A DNA stretch of 64,000 nt from Eledone cirrhosa (taxonomy: Eukaryota). The DNA lies in NCBI GenBank assembly GCA_964016885.1, contig OZ024760.1, positions 27,094,001 through 27,158,000 of the forward strand, given 5' to 3'. The position numbers and the translations under genes were made by a program. The notes below the pieces were generated by a model. It saw only the letters and a list, made by a program, of their open reading frames with translations, was not told the origin of the DNA and searched no databases. Of the stretch, positions 11,638 to 23,179 are shown in pieces. How positions within the stretch are numbered: position 1 is the stretch's first letter; every line of letters starts with the position of its first letter.

Positions 11638-11814
11638 CTGATGACCCGACTACAGTTGTTTCTTGTACCCAAGAAACATCAACAAGATCTGCCCTATTTA
11701 CGCCATGTTCAACTCTTTCGCGTTCATCTATTCACTGTCATCCAAGTTTTATGTCTCGCTGTACTTGTCACAGTGAAGAGTATAAAGTCTATATCGATTG
11801 CTTTTCCACTAATG
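11638..11814 (+). CDS. SLC4: SLC4 exon ([24 protein letters not shown]...RVHLFTVIQ...AFPLM)
   Basis: Acceptor tttttcag| and donor ATG|gtgagt. 177 nt. P.KHQ.D..YLRHV...RVHLFT.IQ motif. Confidence 0.95.
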
Positions 11815-11829
11815 GTGAGTATCTGGTCT

Positions 11830-12606
11830 TGTGACTCAGTATCGCAGGCTCCATGTCACATGTGGCATACTTGTGTGTGTGTGTGTAAATGTGACACAGT
11901 ATCACAGGCTCCATGTCACGTGTGGCATACTTGTGTGTGTGTGTGTGTGTACATAGGTGTGTAAATGTGACTCAGTATCGCAGGCTCCATGTCACATGTG
12001 ACATACTTGTGTGTGTACATAGGCGTGTAAATGTGACTCAGTATCGCAGGCTCCATGTCACATGTGACATACTTGTGTGTGTGTGTAAATGTGACACAGT
12101 ATCGCAGGCTCCATGTCACGTGGCATACTTGTGTGTGTGTAAATGTGACACAGTATCACAGGCTCCATGTCACATGTGGCATACTTGTGTGTGTGTGTAA
12201 ATGTGGCACAATATCACAGGCTCCATGTCACATGCGGCATACTTGTTTGTGTGTGTAAATGTGACACAGTATCACGGGTTCCATGTCACATGTTGCATAC
12301 TTGTGTGTGTGTGTACATATGTGTGTAAATGTGACACAGTATCACAGGCTCCATGTCACATGTGGCATACTTGTGTGTGTGTGTGTGTGTGTAAATGTGA
12401 CACAATATCACAGGCTCCATGTCACATGTGGCATACTTGTGTGTGTGTGGATATACGTGTGTGTGTAAATGTGAAACAGTATCACAGGCTCCATGTCACA
12501 TGTGGCATACCTGCATGTGTGTGTGTTTGTATATGTATGTGTGTAAATGTGGCACAGTATCACGGGCTCTATGTCACATGTGGCATACCTGTGTGTGTGT
12601 GTGTGT
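11830..12606. repeat. ~55-75-bp minisatellite with variable (TG)n spacers
   Basis: Core AAATGTGACACAGTATCACAGGCTCCATGTCACATGTGGCATACTT followed by (GT)n, about 12 copies. Confidence 0.9.
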
Positions 12607-12669
12607 GAGCAGGGGCCTCATTTGCCTTAAAAATGTGAGGGGGAAAAACCAACATTTGTTGATTCTTAA

Positions 12670-12873
12670 CCCTTTAATGTTCAAACCGGCCAAAGCCGGC
12701 CAGAATTCTCTACCTCTTTCTGTTGAAACTGGCTGTAACTGGTCACTCATAATGATGTTAAGGTATTGTTCTCAAAATCTCATAGATTCGATATTATTTG
12801 AGATATTATGTGAGATAAAGCATTTGTCATGAAAATACAACAGTATATATAGAGTAATGTGAATGCTAAAGGG
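12670..12873. mobile_element. piggyBac-like MITE
   Basis: TTAA|CCCTTTAATG...ATGCTAAAGGG|TTAA. Confidence 0.8.
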
Positions 12874-12888
12874 TTAAATACTTCCTCT

Positions 12889-13070
12889 ATGGCACCTAAA
12901 TTTGATCCCACTGCCATTTATATCGTACCTGATGGTGGTGAGGTTCCTGTTACATCATCAGTGGTTTCAAAATTTGATCCCAGTGCCATTTATATCGGAG
13001 CTGATGGTGGTGAGGTTCCTGGTACATCATCAGTGGTTTCAAAATTTGATCCCAGTGTCATTTATATCGG
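12889..13070 (+). pseudogene. Possible ribosomal protein L12 (uL11) N-terminal retrocopy fragment, 72-bp unit x ~2.4
   Basis: Translates MAPKFDPTAIYIVPDGGEVPVTSSVVSK, resembling the eukaryotic RPL12 start as I recall it (MPPKFDP...GGEVGATS.LAPK). Period 72 (12901, 12973, 13045). Confidence 0.45.
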
Positions 13071-13856
13071 GCACTTAAAACCATACTACCAAGTCATACT
13101 TGATTGCAAATGATGATTGTACTTTAGTTTTATACAATTATTTATTTATTTGTAATTTGAGATTTGGCTATCTAGGTGACATTTTAACCCTTAGGCATTT
13201 AAACTGGCCATATCTGGTCAGAATTCTCACACCTCTTTCTGTTCAAACCGGTTGTAACCAGCCACTTATACTGGTGTTACGGTATTGTTCTCAAAATAAA
13301 TATCAAAATCTCGTAGATTCGATATTATGTGAGATAAAACCTTTGCCACAAAAATACAATATAGAGTAATGTAAATGCTAAAGAGTTAAGAAATGTAGCT
13401 TTATTATCAGAACTATAGGAATGAGTGTACATGTTTTCATTTCTAACCTACTCATGCTCATGGAAGTAAATCCACATGCCACCACCATAAATATAACCCT
13501 TTAGCATTTAAACCAACCATATCTGGCCAGAATTCTGCTCAAACTGGCTGCAACTGTACAGAATTCTCTCACCTCTTTCTACTCAAACTGGCTGCAACCG
13601 GCCAGGATTCTCTCACCTCTTTCTGTTCAAACTGGCTGTAACGAACCAGAATTCTCTTACCTCTTTCTGTTCAAACTGGCCACTCATACTGATGTTAAGG
13701 TATTGTTCTCAAAATAAATAATATCAAAATCTCTTAGATTCGATATGTGAGATAATTATGTGAGGTAAAGCCTTTACCATGAAAATACAGTAGTAAATAT
13801 AGAGAAATGTAAATGCTAAAGTGTTAAAGCCACTCCATTTTAACCATAACATCTAG

Positions 13857-13970
13857 GTGTTAGCTACGTGTGCAGTAAGGAAGATTCTAGACTACGTCTT
13901 CACTCAAAGAGAGCTGAAATGGTTGGATGACATCTTACCAGGACAACATGTAGAGAAGCCAAAAGATAAA
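13857..13970 (+). CDS. SLC4: SLC4 exon (VLATCAVRKILDYVFTQRELKWLDDILPGQHVEKPKDK)
   Basis: Acceptor atctag| and donor AAA|gtaagt. 114 nt. VRK..D..F...EL.WLDD motif after the last TM segment. Confidence 0.95.
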
Positions 13971-14109
13971 GTAAGTAGAAAACTTTTTTATTTTTTGTCT
14001 TTATGTATTTTATTTATGGCTAGAGGTGGTGAATATTGTGAAGGGAAATGAGATGGTTTGGTCATGTGTTGAGGGAGGATGAAGTTGACTGAGTGAGAGG
14101 GATGAGCAT

Positions 14110-16010
14110 ACAAAAGGACGACTATATCGCACCTGTGTGCGAAGTGCAATGCTGCTTGGTAGTGAAACATGGGCTGTGACTGCAGAGGACATGTGGTGCT
14201 ACATGGTAGTGAAACATGGGCTTTGGCTGCAGAGGACATGTGGTACTACATGGTAGTGAAACATGGGCTGTGGCTGCAGAGGACATGTGGTACTACATGG
14301 TAGTGAAACATGGGCTGTGACTGCAGAGGACATGTGGTACTACATGGTAGTGAAACATGGGCAGTGACTGCAGAGGACATGTGGTGCTGCATGGTAGTGA
14401 AACATGGGCTGTGACTGCAGAGGACATGTGGTGCTGCATGGTAGTGAAACATGGGCAGTGACTGCAGAGGACATGTGGTACTACATGGTAGTGAAACATG
14501 GGCTGTGGCTGCAGAGGACATGTGGTACTACATGGTAGTAAAACATGGGCTGTGACTGCAGAGGACATGTGGTACTACATGGTAGTGAAACATGGGCTGT
14601 GGCTGCAGAGGACATGTGGTACTACATGGTAGTGAAACATGGGCTGTGACTGCAGAGGACATGTGGTACTACATGTTAGTGAAACATGGGCAGTGACTGC
14701 AGAGGACATGTGGTGCTGCATGGTAGTGAAACATGGGCAGTGACTGCAGAGGACATGTGGTACTACATGGTAGTGAAACATGGACTGTGACTGCAGAGGA
14801 CATGTAGTACTACATGGTAGTGAAACATGAGCTGTGAATGCAGAGGACATGTGGTGCTGCATGGTAGTGAAACATGGGCTGTGACTGCAGAGGACATGTG
14901 GTGCTGCATGGTAGTGAAACATGGGCTGTGACTGCGGAGGACATGTGGTACTACATGGTAGTGAAACATGGACTGTGACTGCAGAGGACATGTGGTGCTG
15001 CATGGTAGTGAAACATGGGCTGTGACTGCAGAGGACATGTGGTGCTGCATGGTAGTGAAACATGGGCAGTGACTGCAGAGGACATGTGGTGCTGCATGGT
15101 AGTGAAACATGGGCAGTGACTGCAGAGGACATGTGGTACTACATGGTAGTGAAACATGGACTGTGACTGCAGAGGACATGTGGTGCTGCATGGTAGTGAA
15201 ACATGGGCTGTGACTGCAGAGGACATGTGGTGCTGCATGGTAGTGAAACATGGGCTGTGACTGCAGAGGACATGTGGTGCTGCATGGTAGTGAAACATGG
15301 GCAGTGACTGCAGAGGACATGTGGTGCTGCATGGTAGTGAAACATGGGCAGTGACTGCAGAGGACATGTGGTACTACATGGTAGTGAAACATGGACTGTG
15401 ACTGCAGAGGACATGTGGTGCTGCATGGTAGTGAAACATGGGCTGTGACTGCAGAGGACATGTGGTGCTGCATGGTAGTGAAACATGGGCTGTGACTGCA
15501 GAGGACATGTGGTGCTGCATGGTAGTGAAACATGGGCAGTGACTGCAGAGGACATGTGGTGCTGCATGGTAGTGAAACATGGGCAGTGACTGCAGAGGAC
15601 ATGTGGTACTACATGGTAGTGAAACATGGACTGTGACTGCAGAGGACATGTGGTGCTGCATGGTAGTGAAACATGGGCTGTGACTGCAGAGGACATGTGG
15701 TGCTGCATGGTAGTGAAACATGGGCAGTGACTGCAGAGGACATGAATGAAGCAACCGTGCTTTGTTGGATGTGCAATGTAAATGTGAGAGAAAAGCAGAG
15801 CTTGGATGAACTGAGCAAGAAACTGTGTTTAAAAGGAATGTGAAGAGATGTGCAGGAGAGAAGACTGCATTGGTATGGACATGTGACACACTTGGATGAT
15901 GATGGATGGGTGAAGAAGTGCCAGGAAATCCCAGTGGAGGAAAGCCACAGTTGAGGTAGACCAAGAAAGACTTGGACAGAGGTTGTGAGAACATTCGGCG
16001 TTGTTTGACT
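14110..16010 (+). mobile_element. RTE-type LINE fragment with an internal 47-bp minisatellite (~34 copies, ~14152-15745)
   Basis: Flanks translate KGRLYRTCVRSAML.. and NEATVLCWMCNVNVREKQSLDEL..ERRLHWYGHV. The unit encodes LHGSETWAVTAEDM, matching MLHGSETWALCAEDI at ~25875. Confidence 0.9.
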
Positions 16011-16088
16011 CAACAAGATGTTTACTTAGTTGTGGTGTTCAGGTGGCCGATTCCAGACAGTTCCTCGGTAAGCAGTTCCAGGAGTATT

Positions 16089-16797
16089 AATAATAAGAGT
16101 GAAGAATAACACAGCTCGGCTATAGTGTTTATTCCAAGTATTAACAAATGTTTCATTGGTCCGGAGTGTCTAAAAACTGTTGTCCGCAGAATGTTGTGGC
16201 ACTCAATTTTAATTACAATTGACACACGACCAAATTTTCAAAATACTCAGTATTTTGAAATTTTGGTCGGACTAATGAAACATTTGTAATACTTCAAATA
16301 AATCTTACTGTACAGCCGATCCATGTTATTCTTCACTCATTTATTATATATATATTAATTATAACGAGTTGGGACCCTGTCTCCTGAGTTCTTGCTGATT
16401 TATATATAAACATAATTACATATACATTAAAATTTAAATGACACCAAAATTTAAATCATTTTTAAACTGACAACTGTTTCTGTCTGTACAGAACCATTAT
16501 ATAGAACAGCTGTCAGTTTAAAAATGCTTTAAATCTTAGGTGTCATTTAAATTTTAATGTATAACTGCATTGAACTATAGATCAACCTGTAAATCAGTAT
16601 ACCATTTTTATATATATATATATATATATATAGGAATGAGAAATGGCGTGCTGCGTTGTTGTGAATGTGATACATATGAATTAAAAAATAGAACAAGAAG
16701 CCAGGACTATTAATGCAAAGAAATACCTATGATGGCCAGAAGATCACTGATGATGGATAGTCCTGGCTTCTTGTTCTATTTTTAATTCATATGTATA
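16089..16797. repeat. Three adjacent fold-back (inverted-repeat) elements: ~16089-16347, ~16420-16562, ~16670-16797
   Basis: Arms are reverse complements, e.g. GAGTGAAGAATAACA/TGTTATTCTTCACTC, ACATTAAAATTTAAATGACACC/GGTGTCATTTAAATTTTAATGT, ATAGAACAAGAAGCCAGGACTAT/ATAGTCCTGGCTTCTTGTTCTAT. Confidence 0.85.
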
Positions 16798-16814
16798 TAT
16801 ATATATATACATAT

Positions 16815-17156
16815 GGAGGCACATGGCTTAGTGGTTAGAGCATTGGCCTTGCAATCGAAAGGTTGTGAGTTCAATTCTCAGACCGGGTGATGTGTTGTTT
16901 CCTTGAGCAAGACACTTTATTTCACATTGCTCCAGTTTACTCAGCTGTAGAAATGAGATGATAGGGACTGGGGTCCCTATCATTCCACTGCAAAGTGGTC
17001 GTGGAGGTGCCACGGCAAAAAAGCACCCAGCACTCACTGTAAATGAGGTTGGTGTTAGGAAGGGCATCCAGCTGTAGAAATCAAGCCAGAATCAGTTCCC
17101 GTCCCACCCTTGCAAGCAGGGAAAAGCGGGCGTAAAATGAAATGAAATGAAATGAA
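16815..17156 (+). mobile_element. tRNA-derived SINE family B with a LINE-like tail
   Basis: A box TGGCTTAGTGG, B box GAGTTCAATTC, core TCCTTGAGCAAGACACTT. The segment CACTGTAAATG..GTTAGGAAGGGCA is shared with the LINE 3' region at ~26485-26516. (GAAAT)n tail. Confidence 0.82.
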
Positions 17157-17259
17157 AAAAAATGAATATATGTGTAAAAGTAAACAGAAATAACAACACA
17201 ATCGCTACAGTATATGGAAGGAATATATTAGGTTAATGCTTGAAATAGCAGAAAGAGGG

Positions 17260-17295
17260 TCTTAACGTTTCGGGCGCTAGTCCTTCGTCAGAAGA
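17260..17295 (-). ncRNA. Minimal type I hammerhead ribozyme motif
   Basis: Minus strand: TCTT CTGACGA AGGACTAGCGCCC GAAA CG TT AAGA; stem I TCTT/AAGA, palindromic ACGT stem III. Confidence 0.7.
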
Positions 17296-17565
17296 AAGAA
17301 TGAGAAATTAGAAAGATTGAAGGGACGGGTGGGGTGGAATCGGAAAAAATGTTTTTAGAGAAAAATATCAGGTCCATTCATGTTGACATCTCCTGGAAAA
17401 CTGTTGGTGCTGGCGTTTTGTGTATGATATACTTTTATAGAAAAGTGGATAAAATGAAAAAAAAACGTTTGGTATATATACATATAGACACACACACATA
17501 TGCATATACATATATACAGGGTGTTCCCCAAAAATGTATACACGCTTCAACAGCATTCTAATAAA

Positions 17566-18152
17566 AATAATTGTTTCTACTTTTTTGGCACAAGGCCAGT
17601 GTATTACTGGTACTTTATTTTATCGACCCCCCCACCCAGTTAACCTCTGCGGGATTTGAACTCAGAACGTAATGGGCCGTAACTCTATGCTTCAAATCAT
17701 GGCGTCTGACACTCTACCGATACTGCCGATCCACTGCCCCTAATAATTGTTTCTACTTTTGGCACAAGGCCAGCAATTACTCCAGTGTATTACTGGTACT
17801 TTATTTTATCGACCCTGTAAGGCTGAAAGGCAAAGTTAACCTCGGCGGGATTTGAACTCAGATCATAAAGGGCCATAACTCTATGCTGCAAATCATGGCG
17901 GCTGGCCGTCTACCGATACTGCCGATCCACTGTCCCTAATAATGATTTCTACTATAGGCACAAGGCCACTAATTCGGGGGAGGGGAAAGCGAATTAAATC
18001 GACCCCAGTCCATTACTGGTACTTTATTTTATCGACCCCTTAAGGATGAAAGACAGAGTTATCCTCTGAAGGATTTGAACTCAGACCGTAAAGGACCATA
18101 ATTCTATGCTGCAAATCATGGCATCCGACCCTCTATCCAATTCACTGCCCCT
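17566..18152 (-). mobile_element. Three tandem SINE family A copies
   Basis: Three successive reverse-complement copies, each with GGATTTGAACTC and CTGGTACTTTATTTTATCGAC. Confidence 0.85.
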
Positions 18153-18244
18153 AATAAGGAAAATTATTATGTACAGTGCTCAGGTGCACTACAACTCATC
18201 AATGTGTATTTTTTCTTTATTCTCTTTCTTTTTCTCATTACCAG

Positions 18245-18349
18245 GAAGAGCACCCTGAGAAGGACATGCCCTTAGATGGCAATGTTGATGAACACTCTCC
18301 GAACAAAAAAGCAATTTTTTATATCTCCAGTGATAACACTAAACTATGA
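18245..18349 (+). CDS. SLC4: Probable terminal SLC4 exon ([34 protein letters not shown])
   Basis: Long polypyrimidine tract and ccag| acceptor. Phase 0 matches the previous exon. Acidic tail ending T-K-L-stop, a class I PDZ-ligand pattern like those of several vertebrate NBC isoforms. Confidence 0.72.
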   Translation, partial: EEHPEKDMPLDGNVDEHSPNKKAIFYISSDNTKL

Positions 18350-18374
18350 GTGGTTCTATCAGACACCACTTGTA

Positions 18375-18385
18375 ATATATACACC

Positions 18386-18420
<35 letters not shown>

Positions 18421-18430
18421 CAAACTATAT

Positions 18431-18476
<46 letters not shown>

Positions 18477-18484
18477 AACTATAT

Positions 18485-18519
<35 letters not shown>

Positions 18520-18532
18520 CATCAAACTATAT

Positions 18533-18563
<31 letters not shown>

Positions 18564-18576
18564 CATCAAACTATAT

Positions 18577-18613
<37 letters not shown>

Positions 18614-18868
18614 CACTTTTACCACTTATATATATATATATATATACATACATACATACACATCAAACTATATATATATATATATATACACACTTTTACC
18701 ACTTATATATATATATATATATATATATACATACACATCAAACTATATATCTATATATACATACATACACATCAAACTATATATATATATATATATACAT
18801 ACACATCAAACTATATATATATACATACATAGACATCAAACTATATATATATATATACATACACATCA

Positions 18869-18908
<40 letters not shown>

Positions 18909-18936
18909 CAAACTATATATATACATATATACATCA

Positions 18937-18977
<41 letters not shown>

Positions 18978-18984
18978 CACATCA

Positions 18985-19047
<63 letters not shown>

Positions 19048-19075
19048 TACATCAAACTATATATACGCATATGTA
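18375..19075. repeat. (TA)n/(CA)n compound microsatellite with CATCAAAC anchors
   Basis: Direct reading. Confidence 0.9.
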
Positions 19076-19129
19076 ATTTAGATTGGCTCGTTTTGGGAAA
19101 AGTTTTGCATTTAAGAAACCACAAAAATA

Positions 19130-19130
<1 letters not shown>

Positions 19131-19179
<49 letters not shown>

Positions 19180-19739
19180 CAGTAACACCAACAGCAGCAC
19201 CAACAGCAACAGCAGCAATAACAATAGGAACAAAGCCACCATTATCAACAACAACATTATCACAGCAGCAGCAGCAACAACAGCAACAACAGAAACAGCA
19301 GCAGCAGCAATAGAAACAGCAGCAGCAGCAGCAATAGCAACAACAACAATAGAAACAACAGCAACAGCAGCAACAACAACAACAATAGAAACAACAGTAG
19401 CAACAACAGTAGCAATAGCAACAGCAACAATAGAAACAGCAGCAACAACAACAGCAGCAATAGCAACAACAACAATAGAAACAGCAGCAGCAACAACAAC
19501 AGCAGAAGCAATAGCAACAACAACAATAGAAACAACAGCAGCAACAACAACAATAGAAACAACAGCAACAATAGAAACAGCAGCAACAACAACAGCAACA
19601 ATAGAAACAGCAGCAACAACAACAATAGAAACAGCAGCAGCAGCAGCAGCAGCAACAACAACAATAGAAACAACAGCAGCAACGACAGCAACAATAGAAA
19701 CAGCAGCAGCAACAATAGCAACAACAACAATAGAAACAA

Positions 19740-19771
<32 letters not shown>

Positions 19772-19840
19772 ACAGCAGCAATAGCAACAACAACAATAGA
19801 AACAGCAGCAGCAATAGCAACAACAACAACAGCAACAACA
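19131..19840. repeat. (CTA)n followed by a (CAA/CAG)n trinucleotide tract with ATAGAAAC anchors
   Basis: Direct reading; gives the poly-Leu pseudo-ORF on the minus strand. Confidence 0.9.
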
Positions 19841-20809
19841 ATATTGGTGCCAGTGGTTCCTTCAATTTGAGTCTTGTTTATTTTAGTGAATTTAAACTAA
19901 AAACAATATCCAGTAATTACGATATTCTTTACATGTCTGTTAATTATGTAGAGTGGTTTGTGAAACTGTTTAATTAGCAGATGTCATTATTTGAAACTTT
20001 TTAATTAGTAGATGTCATTATTTGAAACTGTTTAATTAGTAGATGTCATTATTTCTAACTGTTTAATTAGCAGTAGTGGTTATTTTAAACTTTAATTAGA
20101 AGTAATCATTTTAAACTTTGTATTTAGTGCCTGACCCTAATTTAAACTTTAATTAACAGTGCTAATTATTTTAAACTGTAATTAATGTCTAATTAACAGT
20201 CCTAATTATTTTAAACTGTAATTAATGTCTAATTAACAGTCGTAATTATTTTAAACTGTAATTGTCTAATTAGCTGTCCCAGTTATTTTAAACTGTAATT
20301 AGCATCTGTAATTGTTTTGTTTTAATCATTTTAGAGTGTAATTAATGTCTAATTATTTAAAACTTTAATTATTTCTTGTAATTATTTTGAAATGTTTAAT
20401 TAGATGTAATTTGTTTTAATTAGTGGATGTAAATATTTAAAACTGTTTAATTGGGAAATATAATTATTTTGAATTGCTTAATTGGAAAATATTATTTTGA
20501 ACTGTTTTCAGTTGTTTGGTTACAAGGTATAACCAATTTAAACTATTATAAATTGTTAAATACTTTAACTGTTTTAAATTATTTAATGGTTTGTTTTAAA
20601 CCTTTTAATGGTTTAACTGGTGTCAACTGTTAAATTACATGACATAACTTTTAAACTTTTGTAAATTTTTGTTTTTAATGGCCTAAGTCAAAGGAGGAAG
20701 GGTGGAACTCTAAATACTTTCCAGGGTCCCTGAGATTAGTGGGTGGAAAGAGACATTATCTACTGAAAATATACTTTAAACATTTGAATTAAAAACCTTC
20801 CTTCCTTTC

Positions 20810-21960
20810 TTTGCCCACTTATTCCTGAGAGGGTGGTGGAGCCAGAATCCTCAAACACTCTCTCCAGTGGATTCTAACGGAATCAACCATCTCCAACTTG
20901 GTTTCACCTGTAAAATCTGTCCAGTGATTCTTTCCAGAGACATTCTAACCATAGTATCGGAGCTGTGATCCCTCAATTCAGAGAAGTAGCAGCTCTACCT
21001 GGAGTGACTCTCTGATCTCCGAACTACACACTTTATCAAGTAATGTAACTCCAAAGACCCTTCGGAGGAACCCAATTTCGGTCTCTTGTATTCTTTTGGT
21101 CGTTACAAAAAATTCATGACCATAGGTAAGGGTTGCCATGAAAACTGAATTGAAGACAGTGAGTTTGGCTTTTACACCTGCCTCCCTTCTTCTGATTACT
21201 GAATGGTGAAGCTGGTGCATTACTACACCAGCTTTTGTAATACTTGGACTTAACTCAGCCTCCTGCCTTCCATCACTCATGAACACAGCTCTGAGATACT
21301 TGAACTTCTCTACCTGCTTCAGTGGAACTCTATTCACATGTAGCATGCACTGCGCAGGCTTCCTTGAGAGGACGAGTGTCTCAGTTTTCACAGTACTGAT
21401 TTTCATTCCAGCCATGCAGCACTCAGCATCAAACCTATAAAGATCATCTTCTGTCAAGTTAAATAACACCATGTCCTCTGCAAATTCCAGCTGACGGATT
21501 TTACACTTGCCAGTCATGATACCACTTCCAACCCAGTTGTGCATGTCAATCCTGTTCATGTAAATAATGAACAGGAGAGGTGACAGTACGCACCCTTGGT
21601 GGAGTCTGACTCCCACATTGAATGGTTTCGATTTAGCACCATTTATCCAAACACAAATACTCGGGTATTCATATAGAGACATCAGGGCAGCAAGATGCTG
21701 ACCATTGATCCCATACTCCTGCACAACCTTCCACAGCAGGTCCTGAGGTACGCGGTCATATGCCTTCTCAAGGTCGACATATCAAAAATATACTTCTTGG
21801 TAATACTCCCACGATTTCCCAAATACCTGCCGTAGTGTGAATATTTGGTCAGCTGTGCTGTGAAGACCACACTGTTCATCAGCTACCTCGGACTCCACAA
21901 TCTCCCTGCATCTCTTTGCCAGGCACTTACCATAGACTTTACCAGGGAGGCTTAACAAGG
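20810..21960 (-). mobile_element. Decayed RTE-type LINE (RT domain to 3' end)
   Basis: VDLEKAYDRVP-like segment; GVRLHQGCVLSPLLF; FAED in place of (F/Y)ADD; QVEKFKYL; LTYGHE. Frameshifts and stops present. Confidence 0.88.
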
Positions 21961-21991
21961 ATTCAACAACCTACATTTTAAATATTTTCAG

Positions 21992-22203
21992 GGTGGTGGA
22001 TTAGGCAGAGCATCGGATACCCTGCTTCATGGCATAGAGTTATGGCCCTTTACATTCTGAGTTCAACTCATGTCGAAGTTAGCTTTTTCTTTCACTGTTA
22101 CTGGGGTCGATAAAATAAAGTACCAGTAATGCAATGGGGTCAATTTAATCAACTTCCCCACCCCCCAAAATTGCTGGCCTTGTTCCTAAATGAGAAACTA
22201 TTA
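21992..22203 (+). mobile_element. SINE family A
   Basis: GAGTTCAA, GGGGTCGATAAAATAAAGTACCAG, and the shared tail. Confidence 0.8.
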
Positions 22204-22244
22204 TTAAATAGGACAGAAGAAAGGAGATTCAAAATAAAGACCAA

Positions 22245-22423
22245 GTCACTGAGGAGGTAACAGAATGTGTGACGAAAGAACTTTAACAATATATAAACAA
22301 CCATCCAGATATCGAACCAACCAATCGGAAATTTATAATAAATTGAAGTGAAACCCAACAGGTGTGTGTGTTTTTATTGGCAGCATGACCCTCCCAAAGT
22401 ATAACAATATATATATATATGTG

Positions 22424-22454
<31 letters not shown>

Positions 22455-22700
22455 ATGTATATATATATAAATAAAACGCACCTGTTGGTTGGTTCACTAA
22501 CCAGATGGTTGTTTATATATTGTCAAAGCTCTTCCGTCACACATTCTGTGACATCCTCAGTGACTGTTTTCATATTTTGTGTCTCTCCTTTGCTCTGTCC
22601 TATGATTCCAGAATGGAAATTTATAATAAATTGAAATGAAAACCAACAGGTGTGCATGTGTTTTTATTGGCAGCATGACTCTCCTAAAGTATAACAATAT
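22245..22700. mobile_element. PLE pLTR-like element with inverted hammerhead copies (22245-22287 +; 22521-22565 -)
   Basis: GTCA CTGAGGA GGTAAC..GTGAC GAAA GAACTT TAAC, plus a reverse-complement copy with GAAA changed to GGAA. Same family at ~56610-56910 and ~63080-63235. Confidence 0.65.
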
Positions 22701-22951
22701 TATTAAATATTTTCATCAATATCATTAAAGGATGTTTATAGTTTTAGGAATTGAAGACCAGGTATGGATGTTAAGTTAGTTTGAGGTTTGGATTAGTATA
22801 AATTATTTACAGGTGTAACAATACTAAAGTGTTTAACCAGCCAGAATTCTCTCACCTCTTTCTGTTCAAACCTGCCATAACTGGTCATTCATACTGATGT
22901 TAAAGTATTGTTTTCAAAATAAATAGCATCAAAATCTCATAGATTCGATAT

Positions 22952-23132
22952 TCATCATCATCATTATTTTACGTCCAGGTTTTCCCTGCCTGCTTGCAAG
23001 GGTGGGACGGGTCCTGTTCAGCACAGCATCTCTCCACTTGTCACGGTCCTTCGTCATCTCCTCGGTGAGTTTCAGCGATCTGAGGTCAGCTCTTACCACC
23101 TCCGCCCATGATTTTCATAGTCTTCCTCTTCT
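22952..23132 (-). mobile_element. RTE-type LINE 3' end inserted into a MITE copy
   Basis: (CAT)n tail on the plus strand; the minus strand reads RGRL*KSWAEVVRADLRSLKLTEEMTKDRDKWR. Confidence 0.75.
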
Positions 23133-23179
23133 GTGTCATGTGAGATAATTATGTGAGGTAAAGCCTTTACCCTGAAAAA

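Noticed and set aside
1-15745. Regular repeats as CRISPR arrays
   Set aside because: No unique spacers, no cas genes, eukaryotic intron context; units derive from LINE or MITE sequence.
16815-16890. tRNA gene
   Set aside because: A and B boxes are present, but the sequence continues into a SINE core and LINE-like tail; it is a SINE head.
19260-19865. Poly-Leu ORF or poly-Gln coding tract
   Set aside because: Trinucleotide repeat downstream of the SLC4 stop, with no splice or homology support.
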